A stretch of DNA of 64,000 bases, taken from the NCBI GenBank assembly GCA_030424845.1, contig JAUHWC010000003.1, forward strand, positions 193,034 through 257,033. The letters run 5' to 3'. Shown piece after piece: positions 38,027 through 48,563 of this stretch (within the stretch, counting starts at the first letter, position 1; each line of letters starts with the position of its first letter). Origin of the DNA: Alphaproteobacteria bacterium. GTDB taxonomy: Bacteria > Pseudomonadota > Alphaproteobacteria > Sphingomonadales > Sphingomonadaceae. Position numbers and translations under genes: made by a program. The notes under the pieces were generated by a model. The model was given only the letters and a program-made list of their open reading frames with translations, did no database searches and had not been told where the DNA came from.

Positions 38027-39289
38027 TCAGCCGTCGGCCTCTTCCTCGTCATCGGCTGGCGGGGGCGGGCCGAAGCCCGGGCGCGGGCCGGTGCCGGGGT
38101 CATGGTCGAAGGGCTGGGCGAAACGGCTGCGGTCGTCATTCTCGGCCGTGACAGGATCTTCCTCGCCAGCGGCGATGCGGGCCTGCTGCGCACGCGAAGC
38201 GCTGATGTAGTCGCGCGGCATGTAGTTGCCTTCATGGCAGGCGTATTCGAAGAAGGTGTAGTCCTCGTCACGCGTCCATTCGATGCGCGTCGTCCACGGC
38301 TGGGTATAGACCTGCGGGTCGGAATAGGTCAGCTCGTGCACGATGGCATCGTCGCTGGTCATCGTCAGGCGTTCCACCGTCATGGCTTCGGTGCTCATCG
38401 GGACAGTATTGAAGGCGGGAACCTCCAGCGTGCCGGTGAACTGCGTTGCCATGTTGAGCGGCGAGGCCGAGCGCTTGTAGACATCCTCGGTCGCGCTGTC
38501 GCCCGAGACGATGTTGGTCGTCTCGATCACCAGCGTGTTGCCTTCCCACCAGCCGCGCGAATTACCCATCCATGCCTCCACGCTCTCGTCCCACTTGGCG
38601 GCCTGGGCTTCTTCCTTGCTGTCATAGATCTTGACCACGCGCGTGCCGAGCATCTCGAGCACGATCGTCATGTAGCCCGGGCTCTGGAACACGCGGATGC
38701 CGTTGTTGTAGCGGAAAGGGTACATGGAAGCAGGGAAACCGCGCGAAACGCAGCGGTCCCAGCTGTCGAAGTCGTCCACCCAGTCATAGGCCTGGCCGGG
38801 CACCCAGCCCGAACGGCCGGCCTGGAACAGGGCCATGGCTTCCGGCGTCAGGTCCGGCAGCTGGCCGTCAGCCGGGGAAACCAGCATGGAGGTGCGCTTG
38901 CCGAAATCATGCGTCAGGAACCACGCCTCAAGGCCGGAGGTGCCGCTGGCGCCGATGCCGCTTTCATTGGCCTGGGTGAAATTGCCGTCCTGCTGGCGAG
39001 CGGCGGCAAGGCGGCGCTCGAATTCCTCGTCAGTCACCCAGAAGCGATCGCCGTAATGGGCAGGGCGCTGGAACAGGATACGGCCGTTGTTGATCGGCTC
39101 GATCGGCCATGTGCCGGTGAAATCGGGATCGCCCCAGGGCAGGCGGGCCGGCTCGTAATCGGTCGGCACGGGCGGCAGGTAGGACAGGTCGTCAGGACGC
39201 TCCTGCGCGGCGGTGGTGCCGGCGGTGATGGCGATGGACGCAACACCTGCGGCAATGGCAAACTTCTTCAAGAGACCTTTGCGGGTCAT
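38027..39289 (-). CDS. Conserved hypothetical secreted protein
   Basis: 420 aa with a signal peptide. The Trp-rich blocks (GWWEGNTLVIETTN, YTQPWTT, FEYACHEGNY) look like a family I cannot name. Acidic/Pro-rich tail. Confidence 0.6.
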   Translation of the reverse strand: MTRKGLLKKFAIAAGVASIAITAGTTAAQERPDDLSYLPPVPTDYEPARLPWGDPDFTGTWPIEPINNGRILFQRPAHYGDRFWVTDEEFERRLAAARQQDGNFTQANESGIGASGTSGLEAWFLTHDFGKRTSMLVSPADGQLPDLTPEAMALFQAGRSGWVPGQAYDWVDDFDSWDRCVSRGFPASMYPFRYNNGIRVFQSPGYMTIVLEMLGTRVVKIYDSKEEAQAAKWDESVEAWMGNSRGWWEGNTLVIETTNIVSGDSATEDVYKRSASPLNMATQFTGTLEVPAFNTVPMSTEAMTVERLTMTSDDAIVHELTYSDPQVYTQPWTTRIEWTRDEDYTFFEYACHEGNYMPRDYISASRAQQARIAAGEEDPVTAENDDRSRFAQPFDHDPGTGPRPGFGPPPPADDEEEADG

Positions 39290-39410
39290 AGATCGGGCTC
39301 CCTTCCCAATGTGACTTTGCCCGTGTCGTTAAGGCAGTTTCCGGCGTGATGCCAGAGCCGAGGTTGATTCAGTCTGTAATATTTTGTCGTCGCCGCACCT
39401 CCCATCGATC

Positions 39411-39462
39411 AACGAAAAGGGGCCGTCAGGAGGCGCATCCCTTGCACCCGCCTGACGGCCCC
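39411..39462 (-). terminator. Intrinsic terminator ending the low-GC cassette
   Basis: Minus strand: GGGGCCGTCAGG-(20-nt loop)-CCTGACGGCCCC followed by TTTTCGTT. It lies 31 nt after the stop of mini-ORF B. Confidence 0.8.
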
Positions 39463-39492
39463 GTGACGTAACTCGTGATCGATGAGCGAGGT

Positions 39493-39579
39493 TTAGTCCT
39501 GCGCGCCCTGATCGTTAGCGCGTTTCCCGGCTTCGTCCCGCAAGCGTTCAGTAAAGTCTTTCGCCACTTGTCCAGGCAT
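39493..39579 (-). CDS. Mini-ORF B, 28 aa (MPGQVAKDFTERLRDEAGKRANDQGAQD)
   Basis: ATG 39579 has AAGGAG 7 nt upstream. It shares MPG-x8-RLRDE, in the same register, with mini-ORF A. A terminator follows. It is below the ORF-track cut-off. Confidence 0.55.
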   Translation of the reverse strand: MPGQVAKDFTERLRDEAGKRANDQGAQD

Positions 39580-39655
39580 TCTCTTTCTCCTTCTCGCAGT
39601 AAACGGGTGGAACCTCCCACCGAAAGCTATCCAGCCGGTCCAGGGTTATGCCAAT

Positions 39656-39766
39656 TCAGCCCTTCGGGGGTTCTGTCTCCCGAGATGGTTTGGCCGCTGC
39701 TTCCATGCGGCTTCGCATCTCGTCCCTAAGGCGAGCCTGGATCGAATGTTTCCTCATTCCCGGCAT
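39656..39766 (-). CDS. Mini-ORF A, 36 aa (MPGMRKHSIQARLRDEMRSRMEAAAKPSRETEPPKG)
   Basis: ATG 39766 lies 2 nt after the TGA of the upstream gene, with GGAG 7 nt upstream. It is a paralog of mini-ORF B. Confidence 0.55.
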   Translation of the reverse strand: MPGMRKHSIQARLRDEMRSRMEAAAKPSRETEPPKG

Positions 39767-39768
39767 AA

Positions 39769-40167
39769 TCAGTCTCCACTGAAGAGTTGATCGAAGAACT
39801 CCCGTTCAATATCAGATTCCGGCGCGTTTTCAAAACCTTTCATGCACTCGTAACTCTTGGCCATCGTCGACGGGAAGAAGCGATCCGGCCCGTGCTTGCA
39901 TTGGTAAGGCTTGTATTTGCGGATCGAACAGAGACCGGCGTCATCAAGGAAGACGCAGCGCCCATCGTTATCCTTGATGTGGTAGACATCCTGCCCGGCG
40001 ATGTCGCTCAACTCGGCATTGCGTTCGAAGTAAGCCTGCTCGATCCAGGCAAGGTCGCGGTCCTGCCTGTCCGCAATCCGCTGGCGGTCAGCCTTCAAGG
40101 CGATCACGATATCCCTGCGGCCAAGGTTGGTGCAGCACAGGCCGCACTGGGTGCACTCGAACTTCAC
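39769..40167 (-). CDS. YkgJ-family cysteine-cluster protein (CxxCxxCC, putative Zn/Fe-chelating domain)
   Basis: The N-terminus MKFECTQCGLCC matches the CxxCxxCC signature. Further Cys residues are at DGRCVF, GLCSI, YQCK and YECM. The GTG start is preceded by GGAGGTG. Confidence 0.75.
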   Translation of the reverse strand: MKFECTQCGLCCTNLGRRDIVIALKADRQRIADRQDRDLAWIEQAYFERNAELSDIAGQDVYHIKDNDGRCVFLDDAGLCSIRKYKPYQCKHGPDRFFPSTMAKSYECMKGFENAPESDIEREFFDQLFSGD

Positions 40168-40171
40168 CGGT

Positions 40172-40975
40172 TCACACCTCCACCTTTTCGAAACGGTAAT
40201 GCACCCAGTATCGCTCCCCCACCTTCGGTCGCTTGATGACCAGTGTCACCATGCTGCCATCCGGCGATACATTGGGCTCCACCGACCGTCCGCTATCGAT
40301 CTCGGCAAGGGTTTGCGAATCCCGCACGCTGAAACGCGGCTCGATCAGCACGAACTTGTAGCCGAAGGGGGCATAGGCGAAGACCGTCGCCCTGCGACAC
40401 GTGACATTGAGCCCGAAGCCGAAGTTTGTCCCGCGCGCCTCGAAGGCCTCCATCTCGGTCCCCGGCGTGATGATCTCGGCAATGTAGGAAATCTCTTCCT
40501 TGGGAGCGAGGCTGGGGTTGATCCTGGGCTGCCACATGTAGCGGTAGTTCTGGTCGTCCCCCGGCATGCGCTGCATGTTGATGGGGTCGATCTGCGGTGC
40601 CTTGTCGCCGCTACTTATCCGTCGGTCCTTGAAGCGGCCGCGTTGGTAGAGGCGGTAAATGATGCTGTCCTGCGGGATCGGCGCGTACCACAGGAGGTTT
40701 TCCTCGGGCAGGACAGCCGACTGGTGCCAGCCATTGACCAGGTCAAAGCGGTTGCGGGTGATGACCGTGCCGTCTTCGAGATAGAAATAGTGATATTCCG
40801 CCGACTTGTAGAACGGATCGTAGGAAACGGCGTTGTAGATCTTTGCCAGGACACGCAACGCCAGGATGCCGGCTGCCAGGAGGAAAATCAGCAGCAGATA
40901 TGCCGCGTCCTTAAGGCCGATCGTTGCTGACAGCAGCTTGATCGTCCGCTCGTCATCGATAAACAGCGCGATCAC
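40172..40975 (-). CDS. Hypothetical membrane-anchored protein (N-terminal TM, about 220-aa aromatic-rich soluble domain)
   Basis: 267 aa from GTG 40975. TM helix AAYLLLIFLLAAGILALRVLA. No family recognised. The same frame continues upstream through one TAA (41009-41011) to ATG 41038 (see findings). Confidence 0.6.
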   Translation of the reverse strand: MIALFIDDERTIKLLSATIGLKDAAYLLLIFLLAAGILALRVLAKIYNAVSYDPFYKSAEYHYFYLEDGTVITRNRFDLVNGWHQSAVLPEENLLWYAPIPQDSIIYRLYQRGRFKDRRISSGDKAPQIDPINMQRMPGDDQNYRYMWQPRINPSLAPKEEISYIAEIITPGTEMEAFEARGTNFGFGLNVTCRRATVFAYAPFGYKFVLIEPRFSVRDSQTLAEIDSGRSVEPNVSPDGSMVTLVIKRPKVGERYWVHYRFEKVEV

Positions 40976-41175
40976 GGGCCCAAGCAGGATCGCGGCGATA
41001 CCCAGCGCTTAAAGGATCGATATCTTCATCCTGGGCATATCGAAACTCGCAAATTACAAGGGCCTGCCTGATGGGACACTTGTCCAGCTTGTCGGGTGGG
41101 AAGTCAAATCCGTTGCCACTTGTCCGGTTAGAACCGGGTTGCAGGGCAGGGCGATCGTTGCGTCCCGCTTCCCCC

Positions 41176-41204
41176 TTGACCCACCCCATCCACCCCGCTA
41201 AAGG
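41176..41204 (+). promoter_or_regulatory. Candidate sigma-70 promoter of the str operon (TTGACC-N17-TAAAGG)
   Basis: Hand-read -35/-10 spacing. It would give a leader of about 235 nt before rpsL. Confidence 0.35.
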
Positions 41205-41445
41205 CGCGCGGTCCCGGACGGGGGCTTGCCCCTTGTCCGACATATAGAGCTGAACATTGCCGGTGAGGTCTTCTGCGAAAGGCTGCCGTCAAAGTAACCG
41301 GTGCCTTAAGGCACCAGGTGGAGCGTTTCAGGCTCGCGCGAATTGTCGCCAGGCCCACTCCCAGCGGTGCGGCCCCGCTTTCGCGCGATCCCGATACATT
41401 CCATCTGGTTCCGACGGCACCTCATAACCAAGGTGAAGTCACTTA

Positions 41446-41817
41446 ATGCCTACTATCAACCAGCTTGTCCGCAAGCCGCGCCAGCCGATCGTCAAGAAGA
41501 GCAAGTCCGCGGCCATGCAGGCCAACCCGCAGAAGCGCGGCGTCTGCACCCGCGTCTACACGACCACGCCGAAGAAGCCGAACTCGGCACTTCGCAAGGT
41601 TGCCAAGATCCGCCTGACCAACAGCCGTGAAGTCATCGCCTACATCCCGGGCGAAGGCCACAACCTGCAGGAGCACTCCGTGGTGCTGATCCGCGGCGGC
41701 CGTGTGCGCGACCTTCCCGGTGTGCGCTACCACGTGCTGCGCGGCGTTCTGGACACGCAGGGCGTGAAGGATCGCAGGCAGTCCCGCTCGAAGTACGGCG
41801 CCAAGCGTCCGAAGTAA
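41446..41817 (+). CDS. rpsL: 30S ribosomal protein S12
   Basis: [12 protein letters not shown]...[12 protein letters not shown]... Confidence 0.98.
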   Translation: MPTINQLVRKPRQPIVKKSKSAAMQANPQKRGVCTRVYTTTPKKPNSALRKVAKIRLTNSREVIAYIPGEGHNLQEHSVVLIRGGRVRDLPGVRYHVLRGVLDTQGVKDRRQSRSKYGAKRPK

Positions 41818-41956
41818 GGTTTCAACGCTGCGGCGCAGGACCGCTCCCCCTCCCGGTTGCCTCCAGGGCTATCTCCGGGTGGCAGGGAAGAGGGATTGGG
41901 CCGGAGCCGCAAGGCGGATCGGATGATCCGCCGCACTCCGAAGGAGTTAGAATAAG

Positions 41957-42427
41957 ATGTCACGTCGTCGTCGTCCCGAGAAGCGGGAAATCCTGCCTGA
42001 TCCCAAGTTTGGTGATGAGGTCCTGTCCAAGTTCATGAACAACCTCATGCTGGACGGCAAGAAGGCTGTTGCCGAGAAGATCGTCTATGGCGCTCTGGAT
42101 ACGGTTGAAGCCAAGGCCAAGGCCAACCCCGTGGAAGTGTTCCACACCGCGCTGGACAACATCAAGCCGCAGGTCGAAGTGCGCAGCCGCCGTGTTGGTG
42201 GTGCCACCTACCAGGTGCCGGTCGAGGTTCGCCCCGAGCGTGCCCAGGCGCTGGCCATCCGCTGGCTGATCGGTGCCGCTCGCGGCCGTGCGGAAACCAC
42301 CATGGCCGCCCGTCTTTCGGGTGAGCTGCTGGATGCCGCCAACAACCGCGGCAATGCCGTGAAGAAGCGCGAAGACACGCACCGCATGGCGGACGCCAAC
42401 CGCGCCTTCAGCCACTACCGCTGGTAA
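41957..42427 (+). CDS. rpsG: 30S ribosomal protein S7
   Basis: [20 protein letters not shown]...[15 protein letters not shown]... Confidence 0.98.
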   Translation: MSRRRRPEKREILPDPKFGDEVLSKFMNNLMLDGKKAVAEKIVYGALDTVEAKAKANPVEVFHTALDNIKPQVEVRSRRVGGATYQVPVEVRPERAQALAIRWLIGAARGRAETTMAARLSGELLDAANNRGNAVKKREDTHRMADANRAFSHYRW

Positions 42428-42546
42428 TGGCGTCCATTTGAACGGCCGGATTGTCGGGGAAAGGCCCGGCGCCGGTCTTCAAGTGGTCACAAAAGTCACT
42501 AAATGGGGCGCGATCCCGTCCGTCCCGAACCGTTAAGGAAAGCAAT

Positions 42547-44640
<2,094 letters not shown>

Positions 44641-44735
44641 GGCGGGCTCAGCGTCTAGGGGCGGGCGCCTGATTCAGCGGGTGCCCGTCTGACAATTCAG
44701 AACATCAGATTTCGAACAAAGAAGGTTATTGGAAA

Positions 44736-45911
<1,176 letters not shown>

Positions 45912-45941
45912 TCTTTCGTCGCCTCGGCGACACAGGAATTC

Positions 45942-45980
45942 GGGCCCGTCTCTCACCAGGGAGGCGGGCCCTTTCCTTTT
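45942..45980 (+). terminator. Intrinsic terminator after tuf
   Basis: GGGCCCG-(16 nt)-CGGGCCC followed by TTTCCTTTT. Confidence 0.8.
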
Positions 45981-46052
45981 AATGTGGGCCGGGGTTTTCA
46001 CCGGCTTGCGTTGCGGCATTGCCGAAACGGGAAATTTTGGCGGTTTTCGGGG

Positions 46053-46081
46053 TTGCAAGACTCACCGCTCACCCGTATAGG
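46053..46081 (+). promoter_or_regulatory. Candidate S10-operon promoter (TTGCAA-N17-TATAGG)
   Basis: Hand-read, with exactly 17-nt spacing. It lies between the tuf terminator and rpsJ. Confidence 0.45.
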
Positions 46082-46128
46082 CGCGCCACAACAAGCGGGA
46101 TTCGTCCCGGTTGAAACGAAATTCAGGA

Positions 46129-46181
46129 AGGCCGCCCGTTCCGGGAAACCGGGAAAAAGCGGGGCGGGCCTTTGTTTTTTT
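46129..46181 (+). terminator. Terminator-like stem-loop plus T run inside the S10 leader (attenuator or end of a small RNA)
   Basis: GGCCGCCCG...(CCGG-GAAA-CCGG cap)...CGGGGCGGGCC followed by TTTGTTTTTTT. It ends 45 nt before the rpsJ ATG. Confidence 0.6.
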
Positions 46182-46225
46182 GGGGCTGAAAGGCTCCTTT
46201 GGCTCTTTCGCATCGGTAGTAGGAC

Positions 46226-46537
46226 ATGGAAGCTCAGAATATCCGTATTCGCCTCAAGGCGTTCGATCATCGCGTTCTGGACCAGGCAACTGGTGAAATT
46301 GCGGAGACCGCCCGTCGCACCGGCGCGCTTATTCGTGGCCCCATTCCCCTGCCGACGCGTATCGAGAAGTTCACCGTGAACCGCGGCCCGCATATCGACA
46401 AGAAGTCGCGGGAGCAGTTCGAGGTGCGCACCTACAAGCGGCTGCTCGACATCGTGCAGCCCAACGCCCAGACGGTCGACGCGCTGATGAAGCTGGACCT
46501 GGCTGCAGGCGTGAACGTGGAAATCAAACTCGCTTAA
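46226..46537 (+). CDS. rpsJ: 30S ribosomal protein S10
   Basis: [17 protein letters not shown]...[10 protein letters not shown]-type sequence, 103 aa. Confidence 0.98.
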   Translation: MEAQNIRIRLKAFDHRVLDQATGEIAETARRTGALIRGPIPLPTRIEKFTVNRGPHIDKKSREQFEVRTYKRLLDIVQPNAQTVDALMKLDLAAGVNVEIKLA

Positions 46538-46813
46538 GTGAGTTTGCCTTCAGCCCCGGACTTGATCCGGGGTCGCCGTCCTCCAGTCGGACGTAAAATG
46601 TCTGGGAAGTTTCGGGGCTCCTAGGCCCCGCCGGATCGCAAGATCAGGCAAGACATAGGGATACCGCCGGGCATGCCCGGGTCTGCGTCCCCCGTCTCGC
46701 TCTCTTCCCGCAAGGGGGAGGGCACTTCAGCCCGGACGGGGCGATGCATCACAATTTGGGCTGAGCAAGCACCTTGGGATGGGCCCTTGGTGCCTCTGTA
46801 AGGAGTTTGGATC
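46538..46813 (+). other. Unusually long (276 nt), hairpin-dense spacer between rpsJ and rplC with REP-like palindromes
   Basis: Hairpins: CCCCGGA-CTTGA-TCCGGGG, CGGGGC-TCCTAG-GCCCCG, CCGGGCATGCCCGG, and CCC-GCAA-GGG. The direct repeat CTTCAGCCC(C)GGAC occurs at 46548 and 46725. Confidence 0.7.
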
Positions 46814-47629
46814 ATGCGCACTGGCGTGATCGCGAAGAAAGTCGGGATGACCCGCCTGTTCCAGGAAGATGGCCGGCACGTGCCGGTTACCGTCCTGGCG
46901 CTTGAAGGCTGTCAGGTTACCGCCCACCGCACTGCCGATCGTGACGGCTATTATTCGGTGCAGGTCGGCGCTGGCGAAGCCAAGCACAAGAACGTCAACA
47001 AGCCGCAGCGCGAAGCATTCGCCAAGGCTGAAGTCGGTCTGAAGCAGAAGGTCGCCGAATTCCGCGTCGAGAATGAAGAAGGGCTGCTGCCCGTTGGCGC
47101 CACCATCTCTGCCGAGCACTTCGTTGCCGGCCAGAAGGTGGACATCACCGGCCACACGCAGGGCAAGGGCTTTGCCGGCGCCATGAAGCGTTGGGGCTTC
47201 GGTGGTCTGCGCGCTACCCACGGTGTTTCGATCTCTCACCGTTCGCACGGTTCGACTGGTAACCGCCAGGATCCGGGCAAGGTGTTCAAGGGCAAGAAGA
47301 TGGCCGGTCACATGGGTGATCGCCAGCGCACCCAGCAGAACCTGGAAATCGTCCGCACCGATGCAGAGCGTGGCCTGCTGTTCGTGAAGGGTTCTGTGCC
47401 CGGCGCGAAGAACGGCTGGCTGCTGGTTCGCGATGCCGTGAAGGTTGCCGCCCCCGAAGGCCTGCCGTTCCCCGGCGCGATCCTGGATCTCAGCGCGCCG
47501 AAGGAAGAAGCTGCTCCGATCGAGGCTGAAGTGGAAACCACTGCAGCAGTCGAAACGGCGGAAGCTCCGGCTGAACAGAACAATGCGCCCGAAGCCGAAA
47601 CCGGCTCGGACGAGAGCAAGGAGTCCTGA
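46814..47629 (+). CDS. rplC: 50S ribosomal protein L3 (with acidic C-terminal tail)
   Basis: [16 protein letters not shown]... 271 aa. The tail is [42 protein letters not shown]. Confidence 0.97.
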   Translation: MRTGVIAKKVGMTRLFQEDGRHVPVTVLALEGCQVTAHRTADRDGYYSVQVGAGEAKHKNVNKPQREAFAKAEVGLKQKVAEFRVENEEGLLPVGATISAEHFVAGQKVDITGHTQGKGFAGAMKRWGFGGLRATHGVSISHRSHGSTGNRQDPGKVFKGKKMAGHMGDRQRTQQNLEIVRTDAERGLLFVKGSVPGAKNGWLLVRDAVKVAAPEGLPFPGAILDLSAPKEEAAPIEAEVETTAAVETAEAPAEQNNAPEAETGSDESKES

Positions 47630-47631
47630 TC

Positions 47632-48255
47632 GTGAAGGTCAAGGTCCAGAAAATTGACGGCAAGGCGTCGGGCGACATCGAACTGAACGATGCAGTCTTC
47701 GGTGTTGAGCCCCGCGCGGACATCCTGCACCGCGTCGTCACTTGGCAGCTGGAAAACCGCCGTGGCACCGCCCGCCCGACGCGCGAGCGTTCGGACGTTG
47801 CCCGCACCGGTGCCAAGTGGGGTCGCCAGAAGGGTGGCGGTCGCGCTCGTCACGGTGACCGCAAGGCGCCGATCTTCATCGGCGGCGGCAAGGCCCATGG
47901 TGCGCGCAAGCGTGACTTCAGCCAGTCGCTGAACAAGAAGGTTCGCGCACTCGGTCTGAAGATGGCCCTGTCCAGCAAGGCGAAGGACGGTCTGGTGATC
48001 GTTGACAGCCTGGAGCTGAAGGACGCCAAGACCAAGGCGCTGGCTGCGGCATTCGGCAAGAACGGCTGGAGCGGCAAGGTGCTGGTGATCGACGGCGAAG
48101 CCGTTGATGGCGGTTTCGCCAAGGCAGCGAACAACCTGCCCGGCGTGAACGTGCTGCCGGCGATGGGTGCCAATGTCTACGACATCCTCAACCACGACAC
48201 GCTGGTCCTCACCAAGGCCGCTGTCGAAAAGCTGGAGGCGCGTTTCAATGGCTAA
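47632..48255 (+). CDS. rplD: 50S ribosomal protein L4
   Basis: GTG start. [29 protein letters not shown]. Confidence 0.97.
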   Translation: MKVKVQKIDGKASGDIELNDAVFGVEPRADILHRVVTWQLENRRGTARPTRERSDVARTGAKWGRQKGGGRARHGDRKAPIFIGGGKAHGARKRDFSQSLNKKVRALGLKMALSSKAKDGLVIVDSLELKDAKTKALAAAFGKNGWSGKVLVIDGEAVDGGFAKAANNLPGVNVLPAMGANVYDILNHDTLVLTKAAVEKLEARFNG

Positions 48256-48559
48256 GAAGAACGCAGTTGACGCGCGTCACTATGACGTGATCGTCGCCCC
48301 GCACATCACCGAAAAGGCAACGCTTCTCTCCGAGAACAACGCTGTTGTCTTCAAGGTGGCCAAGGACGCGACCAAGCCGCAGATCAAGGAAGCGGTGGAA
48401 GCGCTGTACGACGTCAAGGTCGCCGGCGTGAACACGATCGTCCAGAAGGGCAAGACCAAGCGCTGGAAGGGCAAGCCCTACAAGCGCACGGACATCAAGA
48501 AAGCAGTGGTGACGCTGGCCGAAGGCCAGATGATCGACATCACTGAAGGTGTGAGCTGA
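48248..48559 (+). CDS. rplW: 50S ribosomal protein L23
   Basis: [25 protein letters not shown]... ATG 48248 overlaps the end of rplD by 8 nt. The track ORF is over-extended. Confidence 0.96.
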   Translation: MAKKNAVDARHYDVIVAPHITEKATLLSENNAVVFKVAKDATKPQIKEAVEALYDVKVAGVNTIVQKGKTKRWKGKPYKRTDIKKAVVTLAEGQMIDITEGVS

Positions 48560-48563
48560 TCCG

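Noticed and set aside
39426-39620. 64-aa minus-strand ORF from the track.
   Set aside because: It runs through the 12-bp terminator stem and has no SD. It is out of frame with the SD-preceded mini-ORF B that occupies the same DNA.
39411-41038. Calling the low-GC cassette a mobile element or genomic island.
   Set aside because: No integrase, transposase, flanking direct repeats or adjacent tRNA were found. Only the compositional shift supports foreign origin, so it is reported as a finding rather than as a mobile_element feature.
40953-41243. 96-aa minus-strand ORF upstream of the cassette.
   Set aside because: It has no SD and a junk-like composition. It overlaps the candidate rpsL promoter and is out of frame with the hydrophobic N-terminal extension of the 267-aa gene.
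41818-41956. A 139-nt rpsL-rpsG spacer with CT-rich/GA-rich imperfect stems (CTCCCCCTCCC...GGGAAGAGGGA) and a GCGGATC-GGAT-GATCCGC hairpin, as a novel element.
   Set aside because: The S7 autoregulatory site is classically located in this spacer. Without covariation analysis I cannot separate that site from a REP-like insertion.
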